This document shows, piece by piece, positions 18,070 through 27,711 of a stretch of DNA of 64,000 nucleotides (position 1 is its first letter; each line of letters starts with the position of its first letter). The stretch spans positions 1,634,819 through 1,698,818 of the forward strand of contig CP129479.1 in NCBI GenBank assembly GCA_030583865.1, read 5' to 3'. The notes under the pieces were generated by a model, which saw only the letters and a list, made by a program, of their open reading frames with translations, made no database searches and was not told the DNA's origin. This DNA is from Thermodesulfobacteriota bacterium. GTDB lineage: Bacteria > Desulfobacterota > GWC2-55-46. A program made the translations under genes and the position numbers.

Positions 18070-18384
18070 CTATTTTTTGGCTTGCAGGGCGTCCCTGACC
18101 GCACGCTCTATCATCTTTTCCGCCACTTTGCCGGCGTCTACCTCGTAGCTCCCCTGGTCCACTTCGTTCTTGAGCTTTACTACTTTTTCGACCCTCATGT
18201 CAGGGACCGTGTCGAGGAGCGACTTGGCCCTCTGGAACTCCCTTGCCCTGGGTGATATGTCTACGCTGTCGCCGGAAGTCGCTCCGCCGCTGCCGCCGCT
18301 TTTCTTTACATTTCCGCCGTCACCGGCCTTTTTAACGTAATTGTCAGTCCCTACTCCGCCTGGCTTTTTGCCGCCGATTTTCAT
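18070..18384 (-). CDS. flgM: Anti-sigma-28 factor FlgM
   Basis: 104 aa. C-terminal MRVEKVVKLKNEVDQGSYEVDAGKVAEKMIE is the FlgM sigma28-binding region. AGGAGG SD. Confidence 0.88.
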   Translation of the reverse strand: MKIGGKKPGGVGTDNYVKKAGDGGNVKKSGGSGGATSGDSVDISPRAREFQRAKSLLDTVPDMRVEKVVKLKNEVDQGSYEVDAGKVAEKMIERAVRDALQAKK

Positions 18385-18423
18385 GAATTCCTCCTAAAGT
18401 GCCATATGAATCAACTTACGTCC

Positions 18424-18452
18424 ATATCGGCGGCGTTTTTCCAAAACTTTAG
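18424..18452 (-). promoter_or_regulatory. sigma28 (FliA) promoter upstream of flgM
   Basis: Minus strand reads CTAAAG-N15-GCCGATAT (consensus TAAA-N15-GCCGATAA), about 40 nt upstream of the flgM ATG. Confidence 0.65.
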
Positions 18453-18505
18453 GAGTGCGGGGCCTTTTGCGTCAATATTCCGGACATGCCGGGGCTTAAT
18501 GCGTT

Positions 18506-19279
18506 TCAGCCGTAAAAAGTGTCAGGGTTCAGGGCAATCCCGTTCATCAGGACCTCGAAATGGAGGTGAGGCCCGGTGGAGCGGCCTGTGGAGCCGACAT
18601 ATGCTATGGGCCTGGAGAAATCGACCCTGTCCCCGGCCTTTACGAGGTTTTCGGCGTTATGCCCGTACCTGGTAACATGGCCGTCATCATGGAGCACCTC
18701 GACAAGGTTCCCGTAACCGCCCTTCCAGCCGCTGAAGACTACCCTGCCCGGAGCGGCCGGGAAAACGGGAGTGCCCTCGGCCGCGGCTATGTCGATCCCG
18801 TGATGGAACCTCTCCTCACGGGTCAGGGGGTCGGTCCTCATCCCGAAACCCGAGCTTACCTTTGCTTCCCCCTTGACCGGGAACATGAACTCCATGCCCC
18901 TTGCCGGTGCCTCAGGCGCAAAGGGCATTCGGACCTCAGGCGCATGTGCATATGCCCTTAAAGGGAGGCCCTTATCGAGCAGAAGGGGATCGGCCCCCGT
19001 GAAATCCCTGAGGAGTATATCCCCGAGCCCGATGCCGCCCGCCCGGGCCATTACCCTCGAAAGCTCGGCGTCGAGAAGAGAGGTATATATCTCCTCGCCG
19101 CTGCCGCCGCTAAACAGGTCGCCTTTATTAACGGTCTCCCTCATGGTCTTCAGCATCTGGTTTATGAACAGGGCCTCGAAATCGGCCACAGCCTTCCTGA
19201 GTTCCGCCTGGGTCCCGTCCCTACCGGCAGATACGCCTTCCCGGGCCCCGCTTATCGTATTTACGACGTCCATGTGCAT
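18506..19279 (-). CDS. flgJ: FlgJ-type rod-binding domain fused to M23 (LytM) peptidase
   Basis: AVADFEALFINQMLKTMRE (rod-binding domain), then GFGMRTDPL..HHGIDIAA..GSTGRSTGPHLHFEV (M23). The real start is ATG 19279 or 19273. The track extension to 19501 is Arg-rich out-of-frame junk. Confidence 0.88.
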   Translation of the reverse strand: MHMDVVNTISGAREGVSAGRDGTQAELRKAVADFEALFINQMLKTMRETVNKGDLFSGGSGEEIYTSLLDAELSRVMARAGGIGLGDILLRDFTGADPLLLDKGLPLRAYAHAPEVRMPFAPEAPARGMEFMFPVKGEAKVSSGFGMRTDPLTREERFHHGIDIAAAEGTPVFPAAPGRVVFSGWKGGYGNLVEVLHDDGHVTRYGHNAENLVKAGDRVDFSRPIAYVGSTGRSTGPHLHFEVLMNGIALNPDTFYG

Positions 19280-19281
19280 TC

Positions 19282-19494
19282 CTAAAGGCCGACCTTTTCG
19301 AGGTCGCCGGCTATGTGGATTATCGCGCCCTCGAGCTCCTTTAGCGCGCCTGGCTCTTCCTGTATCTTCATCGCGAGGCCCATGATGGATACGAGGCCGT
19401 TCCTCACATGGTGTGAGATATAATGCTTGCACTCCTTCGGTATCCTGTGTGAGCTCCTTATAGCAAGTTCTTCGCCGACGACGTCCGCGCCCAT
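19282..19494 (-). CDS. 70-aa stand-alone histidine-kinase DHp (HisKA)-like helical hairpin protein
   Basis: MGADVVGEELAIRSSHRIPKECKHYISHHVRNGLVSIMGLAMKIQEEPGALKELEGAIIHIAGDLEKVGL. ISHHVRNGL..SI.G resembles the H-box of the kinase at 59626-60456 (IAHEIRNPLGSM). Genome-typical codons (ATA, AGG, GC3), GGTGAG SD-like 7 nt upstream. It fills the flgI-flgJ gap. Confidence 0.55.
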   Translation of the reverse strand: MGADVVGEELAIRSSHRIPKECKHYISHHVRNGLVSIMGLAMKIQEEPGALKELEGAIIHIAGDLEKVGL

Positions 19495-19512
19495 TGTGCA
19501 CTCACCCGCCTT

Positions 19513-20625
19513 TCAGATTATTTCAAGAGTTGCCTGCAGCGCTCCCGCCGCCTTTATGGCCTGGAGTATGGCGACAAGGTCGCGCGGGGTCACTCCTATG
19601 AGATTCAAGGCCCTCACCACCTCCCCGAGTGTCACGCTCTCCGGGAGGACTATGAGCCTTGATTTCTGCTCGTCCACCTCGACCTCGTCGTATGGGACTA
19701 CGACCGTTTCACCCTTCGGAGAGAAAGGCCCCGGTTGCGAGATCGCGTACTGCGTCCTTATCTCTATCGAGATGTCCCCGTGGGACACGGCGACCGTCGA
19801 TATCCTGACGTTTTCGCCCATGACGACGGTCCCGGTCCTCTCGTTCACCACTATCCTGGTGACCGCATCGGGGCTCACGTCTATCCTCTCCACCGTGGAG
19901 ATGAAAGCGACCGGGTTGTCGAAACCACCGGGCAGGTTTAGCCTTATGCTCCCGGGGTCTACGGCGGTCGCGACGCCTTCCATGCCGAAATGCTCGTTTA
20001 CCGCGCTTGCAACCCTCTCGGCGGTCGTAAAATCGGGCGACCGGAGCGAAAGGAAGAGCTCCTGCCTGCCGGCAATCGAGAGCGGGACTTCCTTCTCTAT
20101 AATCGCGCCGTCGGGTATCTTGGCCGCTGTCTGGTGGTTCTTGGTTACCCTTGCCGTCTCGGTGCCAGCCGCAAAGCCCGCGAGCGCAAGGGGGCCCTGC
20201 GCCACCGCGTAGACCGCGCCGTCATGCCCCCTTAACGGAGTGGCGATGAGCGTGCCGCCCTGGAGGCTCGTCGCGTCACCGAGCGAGGAGACGACTACGT
20301 CTATGCCGGAGCCGGGCTTCGCAAAGGCCTGGATCTCGGCCGTTACGAGCACCGCGGCGGTGTTCTTGACCTTTATGCTGCTGGGGTCGAACTTGAGCCC
20401 GAGCTTGTTGAGCATGTTCGCGATGGACTGAGTCGTGTAGACCGCGCTCGACTTGTCGCCGGTGCCGTTAAGCCCGACGACCAGGCCGTACCCTATGAGC
20501 TGGTTCGGCCTTACGCCCTCGACATATGCTATGTCCTTTATGCGGGCGGCGCCTGCGTCCTGGACCGCCGCCAGAAGGAACGCGGCGAGCGTTATGAAAA
20601 CCCTAAAAAGGCCAGACATTGTCAA
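19513..20625 (-). CDS. flgI: Flagellar P-ring protein FlgI
   Basis: Signal peptide, then RIKDIAYVEGVRPNQLIGYGLVVGLNGTGD. C-terminal VRALNLIGVTPRDLVAILQAIKAAGAL. Confidence 0.95.
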   Translation of the reverse strand: MTMSGLFRVFITLAAFLLAAVQDAGAARIKDIAYVEGVRPNQLIGYGLVVGLNGTGDKSSAVYTTQSIANMLNKLGLKFDPSSIKVKNTAAVLVTAEIQAFAKPGSGIDVVVSSLGDATSLQGGTLIATPLRGHDGAVYAVAQGPLALAGFAAGTETARVTKNHQTAAKIPDGAIIEKEVPLSIAGRQELFLSLRSPDFTTAERVASAVNEHFGMEGVATAVDPGSIRLNLPGGFDNPVAFISTVERIDVSPDAVTRIVVNERTGTVVMGENVRISTVAVSHGDISIEIRTQYAISQPGPFSPKGETVVVPYDEVEVDEQKSRLIVLPESVTLGEVVRALNLIGVTPRDLVAILQAIKAAGALQATLEII

Positions 20626-21295
20626 GTACCCTCCTGAGCCATCCCGGCGATTGCCCGTCCGCGACCACGCCGCTTCCGGAATACTCTATTTTAGCGTCCG
20701 AAAGGAGTATGGACGGGATCACGTTCTCCTCGTTTATGTCCTCGGGCCGCGCTATGCCGCTTAAAACTATGTACTGCTGCTCGTTATTGACTATCGTGTC
20801 CTTCCTGCCCTCCAGTACCAGGTTCCCGTTCTGGAGGACTTCCACGACCCTTGTCGCTATGACCGCGCTCAATTCGCCGCTCCTGCTGGTCGTGCCGGAG
20901 CCGTCGAATTCGGCGTCGTAGCTCGACTGCACCTCGGGGCTGAACGGCTGCCCCTGGCCGAGGAAGTTCCTCATGCCGAAATTAAGCGGCATGCCGAAGA
21001 ACCTCGATATGCTTATGTCGTTCGATGACGCCCTGGCGGTAGAGGTATTGGCCCCGTTTATGGCGCTCGTCTTCTCGGTTATCCTGACGGTCACTATGTC
21101 GCCGACGTTCTTGGCCCTGAGGTCCTGGAAAAAGGCGTTCCTCGAAGTCTCGCCGGGCCATATGGAGCCTGTGGTCGCCGGAGTATCCCCCCCCTTTACG
21201 GGTATCCGGGTCAGGTCTATCTTCCTGGGCTGCGGCGTTGAGCAGCCCGCGACCAGTGCCAGGATTATTATGAATAGAGCTTTTTTCATGCCCAC
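20603..21295 (-). CDS. flgH: Flagellar L-ring lipoprotein FlgH
   Basis: Lipobox LVAGCS, then DLRAKNVGDIVTVRI..LEGRKDTIVNNEQQYIVLSGIARPEDI. Confidence 0.93.
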   Translation of the reverse strand: MGMKKALFIIILALVAGCSTPQPRKIDLTRIPVKGGDTPATTGSIWPGETSRNAFFQDLRAKNVGDIVTVRITEKTSAINGANTSTARASSNDISISRFFGMPLNFGMRNFLGQGQPFSPEVQSSYDAEFDGSGTTSRSGELSAVIATRVVEVLQNGNLVLEGRKDTIVNNEQQYIVLSGIARPEDINEENVIPSILLSDAKIEYSGSGVVADGQSPGWLRRVLDNVWPF

Positions 21296-21300
21296 CTTCT

Positions 21301-21990
21301 TTAGAATTTTATGACTACCCTGCCCGGCCCGGCCACGGTGCCTAGCACCTCTCTGCCATTCGCGGTCTTTACCGGTATCTTCGAGCCCCTGTGGCCGTCC
21401 CGGGAGGCCACTCCCGTGGACCTCACGGTAATATTCTCGCCCTCGAGCTTCAGAAGGACCCTTTCACCCCTTTTAACGACCACCTCCGGGCCCACATGCG
21501 TCTTTTTTATGACAGAGCCCGCAGGGACCGGCCTTGTCGCAATGAGGCCTGCAAGCTCGCTGGTCGCGGCAAAGGAATCCCTGGCCTCTTCGAGCTCCAC
21601 CCTTGCCACCTTGAGGTCGTCCTCGCTTATCTTCGTGCGCGCCTTCAAGGGCTTAAGGGCCAGGACCGCGTCCCTGAAGACCCTTACCCTGGCGCTGCCC
21701 CAGACCGTCCTCGGTTCCTGCCCTGCCCTTTTCAATTCAAGCTGGTAAGAGACCTTGCCCGGCTGGGATATCCTCCTCGGGAGCACGAGCCTCATGGAAT
21801 CGTATTTCGCAGGCCCGAGCCCGGATATATCTATCTCGTCAATCTCGATTGCCTCCCTCTCCCAGGGAAGCCCCTTCGCGAGCTCGGCCTTTACGAACGA
21901 AATAGCGCCCGCGCTGCTCCCGGCCTCGGCAGTGCAGGCGAGGAAGAGCGGGAGAAACGCGAATATGAACAGTATCCTTGAAATCATCAC
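21301..21990 (-). CDS. flgA: Flagellar P-ring assembly chaperone FlgA
   Basis: Signal peptide, SAF-like domain, C-terminal VRSTGVASRDGHRGSKIPVKTANGREVLGTV. Positioned between flgG and flgH. Confidence 0.85.
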   Translation of the reverse strand: MMISRILFIFAFLPLFLACTAEAGSSAGAISFVKAELAKGLPWEREAIEIDEIDISGLGPAKYDSMRLVLPRRISQPGKVSYQLELKRAGQEPRTVWGSARVRVFRDAVLALKPLKARTKISEDDLKVARVELEEARDSFAATSELAGLIATRPVPAGSVIKKTHVGPEVVVKRGERVLLKLEGENITVRSTGVASRDGHRGSKIPVKTANGREVLGTVAGPGRVVIKF

Positions 21991-22785
21991 TTATCTCTTC
22001 ATTGACGTGGCGGTCTGGAGCATCTCGTCGGTCGTCTGTATGGACTTGGAGTTTATCTCGTATGCCCTCTGCGCGGCTATCATGCTGACCATCTCCTCGA
22101 CCACGCTCACGTTCGACATCTCGAGGAAGCCCTGGGCGAGCGTGCCGAGGCCGTCGGTCCCCGGTGCGCCGACCGTGGCCTGGCCGGACGCCGCGGTCTC
22201 CTGGTAGAGGTTTCTTCCGACCGGCTGCAGGCCGGCGGGGTTTACGAACCTCGCCAGTTCCATGGTGCCCACCTGCGTGGGTATCGCTATGCCGGGCTGT
22301 GTGGCCGATACTATGCCGTCCGCGCTGATGCTCAAGGCTATCGCGTCCGCCGGTATGGTTATCTGCGGCTCGACAAGGTACCCGTCAGAGGTGACGAGGC
22401 GGCCTTCGCTGTCGACCTTGAACTCGCCGGTCCGGGTGTACGCCGTGAGGCCGTCGGGCTTCGCTATCTGGAAGAACCCGTCGCCCTCTATGGCGAGGTC
22501 GAGAGGGTTCCCGCTCTGCTTGAAATTCCCCTGGCTGAAGACCTTCTCGGTCGAGACGGTCCTTACGCCCTGGCCCACCTGTATGCCCGTCGGGACCATT
22601 GTCGACGGCGATGACGAAGAGCCCGCTGATTTCATCTCCTGGTAGAGGAGGTCCTGGTAGTCGGCCCTGCTCCTTTTGAACCCCGTGGTGTTCACGTTCG
22701 CGAGGTTGTGGGCTATTATGTCTATGTTCATCTGCTGGGCTTCCATACCGGTGGAAGCCGTCCAAAGAGCCCTTATCATCGTCAA
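21991..22785 (-). CDS. flgG: Flagellar distal rod protein FlgG
   Basis: [34 protein letters not shown] and C-terminal [24 protein letters not shown]. Confidence 0.95.
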   Translation of the reverse strand: MTMIRALWTASTGMEAQQMNIDIIAHNLANVNTTGFKRSRADYQDLLYQEMKSAGSSSSPSTMVPTGIQVGQGVRTVSTEKVFSQGNFKQSGNPLDLAIEGDGFFQIAKPDGLTAYTRTGEFKVDSEGRLVTSDGYLVEPQITIPADAIALSISADGIVSATQPGIAIPTQVGTMELARFVNPAGLQPVGRNLYQETAASGQATVGAPGTDGLGTLAQGFLEMSNVSVVEEMVSMIAAQRAYEINSKSIQTTDEMLQTATSMKR

Positions 22786-22805
22786 ATCCTCCTTTTCATG
22801 CCTTG

Positions 22806-23516
22806 TCAGGACGTCCTGCCTACTTCGTCTATGGCCTTTTTGGTCATCTCGTCCATGCTCTGTATGAGCTTGGTGTTGGTCTCATATGACCTCATTGCCT
22901 CTATCATCGTCGTCATGGCCCTTACGGCGTTCACGTTCGAGCCCTCGAGAAAGCCCTGGTCCACCTGGGTATCGGGGCTTGCGGGCATCTCCCCCGCGCC
23001 CGGGAGCGCCACGAAGTAGTTGCCCTCCCTCCTGAGCTCCAAAGGGTTGGCGAACGAGACGAGCTTTAGCCTGCCGATTGCGGCCTCGTTCACGTGCATG
23101 CCGCCGTCCGGGTCTATAAGCACGTCCGGCCCAGCGAGCGTTATCGGACCGTCCTCGCCCATGACCCTGTGCCCTTCCTTGGTCACGAGCACGCCCGCGG
23201 GGTCGAGCACGAAACTGCCGTCCCTCGTATACCTCGTGCCGGCCTGCGTATCGACCGCGAAAAACCCCTCGCCCCTTACGGCTACGTCGAGCTTCCTGTG
23301 CGTCATCTGCGAAGGCCCCTGGCCTATGTCGGTCACGACGTCGTCGAGCCTCCCGAAGGTCCGGACGCGGAAAGCGTCCGTCATCGAGTCCTCGAAAAGG
23401 GGCCTCTGGGCCTTGAAGCCGGTCGTGTTTACGTTCGCGAGGTTGTCGGTCAGGACCTCCATCCTCCTTTCCTGGAGCACGGCGCCTGAGAGAGCTACGA
23501 AGATCGATTTATCCAT
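22806..23516 (-). CDS. flgF: Flagellar proximal rod protein FlgF
   Basis: Rod N-terminal motif [14 protein letters not shown] and C-terminal [28 protein letters not shown]. Confidence 0.9.
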   Translation of the reverse strand: MDKSIFVALSGAVLQERRMEVLTDNLANVNTTGFKAQRPLFEDSMTDAFRVRTFGRLDDVVTDIGQGPSQMTHRKLDVAVRGEGFFAVDTQAGTRYTRDGSFVLDPAGVLVTKEGHRVMGEDGPITLAGPDVLIDPDGGMHVNEAAIGRLKLVSFANPLELRREGNYFVALPGAGEMPASPDTQVDQGFLEGSNVNAVRAMTTMIEAMRSYETNTKLIQSMDEMTKKAIDEVGRTS

Positions 23517-23544
23517 TTACGACTCCTTTGATGCAATTTACCTT

Positions 23545-23560
23545 TGCAACCGCCATGCCA
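23545..23560 (-). promoter_or_regulatory. sigma54 promoter upstream of flgF
   Basis: Minus strand reads TGGCAT-GGCGG-TTGCA. The motif ends 29 nt upstream of the flgF ATG. Confidence 0.75.
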
Positions 23561-23649
23561 AGACGAAGGTCATAAGAAAGTCGAATAAAGAACGCCTTTG
23601 CGGGCCAAGCAGGTGGACTATTTTTCCCGCTGCGGAATTTTTTTCCGCA

Positions 23650-24051
23650 TCAAAGCCGTTTAAGCGAGCATAGAAGCTCGACCTCGCCGTTAAAAAGCCC
23701 CAGCACCCTCGCTATCTCGCTCACAGGTACCCCGGAGCTCTGCATCTTGAGCGCCCTTGAATATACGTCGTCCCGGCCCTCCGGCGCGCCGCTGTATTGG
23801 AGAGCGGGAGGCACAGCGTCGAGCGTGGCTTTTTTACCGGAGAGGCCGGCCTCGGTACGCCGTATCTCAGAGCCGAGCGCCGAGGCGGCCCTACGCATTT
23901 CCGTAAGCTCGGTCCTCAGCTTTTCAAGGTCGTACGTCCCGGCATGAGCGCCAGGCGCGGCCACGGCGCCCCTCCTGCAGAGCAATATGTAGAGTATTCC
24001 GCCCATGAAGGCGACGTTGATCACAAGGAGGACGACTGCCCAGATGAACAT
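23650..24051 (-). CDS. Small membrane-anchored protein with C-terminal HTH-like tail (DUF2802-like, flagellar-cluster associated)
   Basis: One TM segment (FIWAVVLLVINVAFMGGILYILL), a coiled segment, and C-terminal VSEIARVLGLFNGEVELLCSLKR. I prefer ATG 24051 (AGGGG SD). The track start is GTG 24087. The family call is from memory of DUF2802 architecture only. Confidence 0.55.
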   Translation of the reverse strand: MFIWAVVLLVINVAFMGGILYILLCRRGAVAAPGAHAGTYDLEKLRTELTEMRRAASALGSEIRRTEAGLSGKKATLDAVPPALQYSGAPEGRDDVYSRALKMQSSGVPVSEIARVLGLFNGEVELLCSLKRL

Positions 24052-24113
24052 GCTAGACCCCTGTCCGATTATTTTCGGGCCGGACACGGCCCTGTAAGCC
24101 GGTCAAGTAAAAC

Positions 24114-24129
24114 TGCAAAACCCGTGCCC
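24114..24129 (-). promoter_or_regulatory. sigma54 promoter upstream of the DUF2802-like gene
   Basis: Minus strand reads GGGCAC-GGGTT-TTGCA (GG-N10-GC retained). Confidence 0.6.
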
Positions 24130-24178
24130 TTCATCTTTCAATGTGATTGTTTTGACTAAGAGGCCAGGAGCAGAAATG

Positions 24179-24199
24179 AAAAAAGGGGCCCGAGGCCCC
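24179..24199 (-). terminator. Rho-independent terminator after the HDOD gene
   Basis: Minus strand reads GGGGCC-TCG-GGCCCC followed by TTTTTT, 33 nt after the stop at 24232. Confidence 0.75.
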
Positions 24200-24231
24200 A
24201 GGGAGGAAGAAAAAACAATCGATAAAACAGG

Positions 24232-25077
24232 CTAATACAGGTCAGCGCTCTCTGCAAAGGCGAGTTTCACCTTCTCCTCGAGCGCCTCTAACCCCTTTTT
24301 CTCAAGGCCGAGCGACTTTGGCAGTCCGCCGTAGGCTATCTCATCACCGCCAGGTTTCCTCCATCCCATGCCAAACTTTTGGCACATGCTGTCCGCCAGG
24401 GCTATCGTATTGACGAGGTTCCGGATGTTTTCATCCACTGAGGGAGCACCCTTGCCGTCAAAACCGCGTATCAGGTTCTCGAGTGACTCGGGGAAGCCCC
24501 ACTTCCTGACTATATAGGCGCCTACGTCCCTCTGGGAAAAATCAAAGTGCTCCCTTTCCGCTACATCGAACGGGACCATCTCGTTATACACGCTCTGCAA
24601 CATGAGCGCGAACTTCTCGGGGAACTCGTTATTCAAGACCACCTTGCCGACGTCATGCAGAAGGCCCCCTATGAAGGCGTCCTCCGGGTCGGAGCGGCGC
24701 GTGTCCCTGGCTATGATGCTCGCCGCGACAGCGGCCCCGATCATCTGCTCCCATATGAGCTTCTCGGTGAGGCCGAACCTCTTATAGACGTTTTTCATCG
24801 AGGTCGCAACGACTATGTTCCTGACAGAGTTGAGCCCGAGCCTGAGTATCGCCTGTGTCGGGTTCTGGATATTGCGGTAGCTCCCGTAAAAGGCTGAATT
24901 GGCCACCTTCATGATCTTCGTGGTAAGCCCCGGGTCGGTGCTGATTATCTTCTTTATCTTCTCTATCGAGACGTCCGGGTCGGCCATCATCCCGAGCACT
25001 CTCTGGGTCGTGGCCGGCAGGACCGGCAGGTCAAGGGTCCTGTTGATGACCTCTTCAAGATTTCTGGCTGGCTGCAT
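24232..25077 (-). CDS. HDOD domain signalling protein
   Basis: LPVLPATTQRVLGMMADPDVSIEKIKKIISTDPGLTTKIMKVANSAFYG and GGLLHDVGKVVL. AAGGAGAG SD. Confidence 0.88.
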   Translation of the reverse strand: MQPARNLEEVINRTLDLPVLPATTQRVLGMMADPDVSIEKIKKIISTDPGLTTKIMKVANSAFYGSYRNIQNPTQAILRLGLNSVRNIVVATSMKNVYKRFGLTEKLIWEQMIGAAVAASIIARDTRRSDPEDAFIGGLLHDVGKVVLNNEFPEKFALMLQSVYNEMVPFDVAEREHFDFSQRDVGAYIVRKWGFPESLENLIRGFDGKGAPSVDENIRNLVNTIALADSMCQKFGMGWRKPGGDEIAYGGLPKSLGLEKKGLEALEEKVKLAFAESADLY

Positions 25078-25098
25078 GGCGCTCTCCTTTTGTTCCTA

Positions 25099-27150
25099 TT
25101 AGATGGTCCCGGCGGCTTCCAGTCTCTCGCTTGGTGGCAGGAAAACGTCACCATCAAGCGCCTCTCTGCCGCCCGCTGTCCCGGACGAAACCCTGAAATT
25201 CGAGACGAGGTCGCTTAGGTCGCCGGCGAGCCGGGCCATTTCATTGGTCGCCTTGGTAACCTCTTCTATCGCGTACGCGTTGGTCCTTGCGACCTCCGCT
25301 ATCGAGTCCATGTTCCTGGCTATTTCGTCGGCAGTCGAGCTCTGCTCCTCGGCAGACGTGGCTATATGGGCGATGCGGTCAGTGACGTTCTCCACCCCCG
25401 TGACTATCTGCTTGAGGGCGGTCCCGGCGCTGTTCGCGAGCGAAACGCCGTTCTCGACCTTCTTCGAGCCCGCGGACATGGCCGAGACCGCCTTGCCGGT
25501 CTCGCCCTGTATCGCTCCTATCATCCCGCTTATTTCCTTGGTGGCCTTCGTCGTCCTTTCGGCGAGCTTCCTTACCTCGTCAGCGACCACGGCAAAGCCC
25601 CTGCCCTGCTCGCCGGCCCTCGCCGCCTCTATCGCGGCGTTCAGCGCAAGAAGGTTCGTCTGGTCGGCTATGTCGTTTATGACGGAGACTATCGTCCCTA
25701 TCTCCTCCGAGCTCCTGTCGAGGCTTTTTATGGTATCGGAGGTCGCGCTTGTGGCCCGCGCGACCTCCATCATTGCCGAGATTGCGTCGGATACTATGCT
25801 CCCGCCCTCGATAGCTATCTCCTGTGCCGCCTTCGCTGATTCCGAGACCTGCTGGGAATTCCGCGCCACTTCTATGACAGTGGCGTTCATCTCCTCCATC
25901 GCGGTAGCGACCTGTGTAGTCTGCGAGGACTGCCTGCCGGCGCCTTCCGACATCTGGGCCGCCGATACGGAGAGCTCCTCGGATGCCGAGGCCAGGTGGC
26001 TGGAGGTCTCGGCTATCTTGCCGATGAGGGCCGAGATCTGCTCGCCGATCCTGTCGGTGCTCCTGCCGAGCGCCCATATCTCGTCCCTGGCGTCCATTTC
26101 CGTTAAGGCCGCGCCCAGTCCGGTCCTTCTCGTGAGGTCGCCCGCGGCAAAACCCTCGACCGTCCCCGCGATCCTGCCGAGCGGCTCAAGCACGCGCCTG
26201 TTAACCGCCCACATGAGGAAGACCACGCAGGCGACGGAAGCGAGTATCGACGTTGCGACAACGGCCATGCCCTTAAGCGCGCCGTTCCATGCGCCCGGCG
26301 CGGCGCCCCCGGAAAGCCTCTCGCTTGCGTCCGCTACCTTCGGGAGGTGCACGGCCGATATCTCTTTGGCCCTGGATGAAAACTCGTCCTTGCTCTTTAC
26401 GGCCCTGTCGATAAGTTCTTTCCTTTCAGCCCAGAGCGGGTCTATCTGGCCGAATATCCGTTCCAGCTCCCTGCCGGAAGCGGGCTTCATGCCAAGCGGC
26501 GCCGAGCCGTTCCGAATAAGATCGAGCTCTTTATCGAACTCGTCAAGCGTGACGTAAAGCTCTGCTCCAGTGTGCTGCGTGTCGTAGTCGGACCTGGCGT
26601 AGCGCTCGGCGAGGAACGCGAGCCTCGCGTTCTTTTCCATGAGCGAGCCGGCCACCTCGACGTGCCTTGCATATGATGCGTCGCGCAGCAGCGCGCTCCC
26701 CAGCTCCTTAAGCCTCTCGGCGGACGGGCCGGTCCCGTCCTCGATCCCCGCCATCGCCGAGGCCAGCCTCTCGCCGCTCCTCGCGGCATTGTCAAGGGCT
26801 CTGCCCATTGAATGCCATGCGTCGGAAAGGGACGCAATCTCGTCACTTCCTGTCCCGCGGCTTTTCTCTTTAAGCGCGGCGAGGATCTCGCCGAACTCAG
26901 CCTTTTTAGCGTCCAAGAGGCGCTCGATGCCCTCGCCCCCGCTCAAAGTGCGCCTGTTGAGGACCTGTTCCATTTCGACGGCCCTGGCCTTCAGGTCCCC
27001 GGCGATTTCCAGCCGGGCATACTTGCCGCTCAGGCCGTCAACCACGAAGTAGACCACAGGGATCTGAAGAAGGAGCACGAAAAGTATGAAGGCGTAGCTT
27101 CCGAGCAGCCTCGACCTTACGGTCCCGAAGATTTCACGCACACTTCTCAT
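25099..27150 (-). CDS. Methyl-accepting chemotaxis protein (two TM segments, periplasmic helical sensor, HAMP, MA domain)
   Basis: The highly conserved hairpin region [52 protein letters not shown]. Confidence 0.93.
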   Translation of the reverse strand: MRSVREIFGTVRSRLLGSYAFILFVLLLQIPVVYFVVDGLSGKYARLEIAGDLKARAVEMEQVLNRRTLSGGEGIERLLDAKKAEFGEILAALKEKSRGTGSDEIASLSDAWHSMGRALDNAARSGERLASAMAGIEDGTGPSAERLKELGSALLRDASYARHVEVAGSLMEKNARLAFLAERYARSDYDTQHTGAELYVTLDEFDKELDLIRNGSAPLGMKPASGRELERIFGQIDPLWAERKELIDRAVKSKDEFSSRAKEISAVHLPKVADASERLSGGAAPGAWNGALKGMAVVATSILASVACVVFLMWAVNRRVLEPLGRIAGTVEGFAAGDLTRRTGLGAALTEMDARDEIWALGRSTDRIGEQISALIGKIAETSSHLASASEELSVSAAQMSEGAGRQSSQTTQVATAMEEMNATVIEVARNSQQVSESAKAAQEIAIEGGSIVSDAISAMMEVARATSATSDTIKSLDRSSEEIGTIVSVINDIADQTNLLALNAAIEAARAGEQGRGFAVVADEVRKLAERTTKATKEISGMIGAIQGETGKAVSAMSAGSKKVENGVSLANSAGTALKQIVTGVENVTDRIAHIATSAEEQSSTADEIARNMDSIAEVARTNAYAIEEVTKATNEMARLAGDLSDLVSNFRVSSGTAGGREALDGDVFLPPSERLEAAGTI

Positions 27151-27626
27151 GCAACCGCCGTCAAAGCCTCCTTCTCGTTCCTGGAGAGCACCTTTTCGAC
27201 GTCAAGAAGGATGAGGAGCCTTCCGTCGAGCTTGCCTACCCCTTTGATGTACTCGGACTCGACGCCGGTCACCATCTCCGGGGGCGCCTCGACCCTGTCG
27301 GCCGGAAGCCTCAGGACCTCTGAGACCGCGTCGACCTTGAGCCCCACCGTCTTGTCGTCGACTTCGACGACTATTATCCGTGTTTCATTCGTCATCTCGT
27401 CCGACCCGAGCCCGAACCGTTTCCTGAGGTCAAGTACCGGTATGACCTTGCCCCTGAGGTTTATGACCCCGTCCACGAAATCCGGCGTCTTGGGGACCCT
27501 CGTCAGCTCCATGTGCCGGATTATCTCCTGCACCCGGAGTATGTCGAGAGAGAACTCCTCTTTTCCGAGCCTGAAGGTGACGAGCTGGAGCACCTCCCTT
27601 GCGTCTAGATCCTTTTTCGCTTCCAT
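27147..27626 (-). CDS. cheW: Chemotaxis coupling protein CheW
   Basis: [41 protein letters not shown] prefer ATG 27626 (GGAGG 5 nt upstream) to 27638. ATGA overlap with the MCP start. Confidence 0.92.
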   Translation of the reverse strand: MEAKKDLDAREVLQLVTFRLGKEEFSLDILRVQEIIRHMELTRVPKTPDFVDGVINLRGKVIPVLDLRKRFGLGSDEMTNETRIIVVEVDDKTVGLKVDAVSEVLRLPADRVEAPPEMVTGVESEYIKGVGKLDGRLLILLDVEKVLSRNEKEALTAVA

Positions 27627-27663
27627 TTGAACCTCCATACGTCCGCTTGAGCGCGCACTCTTC

Positions 27664-27691
27664 TATTCGGACGGCGTCCGCGGAAACTTGA
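27664..27691 (-). promoter_or_regulatory. Weak sigma28-like promoter candidate upstream of cheW
   Basis: Minus strand reads TCAAG-N15-TCCGAATA. The spacing matches the flgM promoter, but both boxes are degenerate. Confidence 0.3.
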
Positions 27692-27711
27692 GGCCCCCTG
27701 CGGGGCGCGGT

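Noticed and set aside
19280-19501. N-terminal extension of flgJ (track ORF 18506-19501, 331 aa)
   Set aside because: The extension is Arg-rich nonsense (MHNGRGRRRRRTCYK..) with no homology logic. The FlgJ rod-binding domain starts shortly after ATG 19279/19273. Another frame in the same interval encodes the better-behaved 70-aa ORF.
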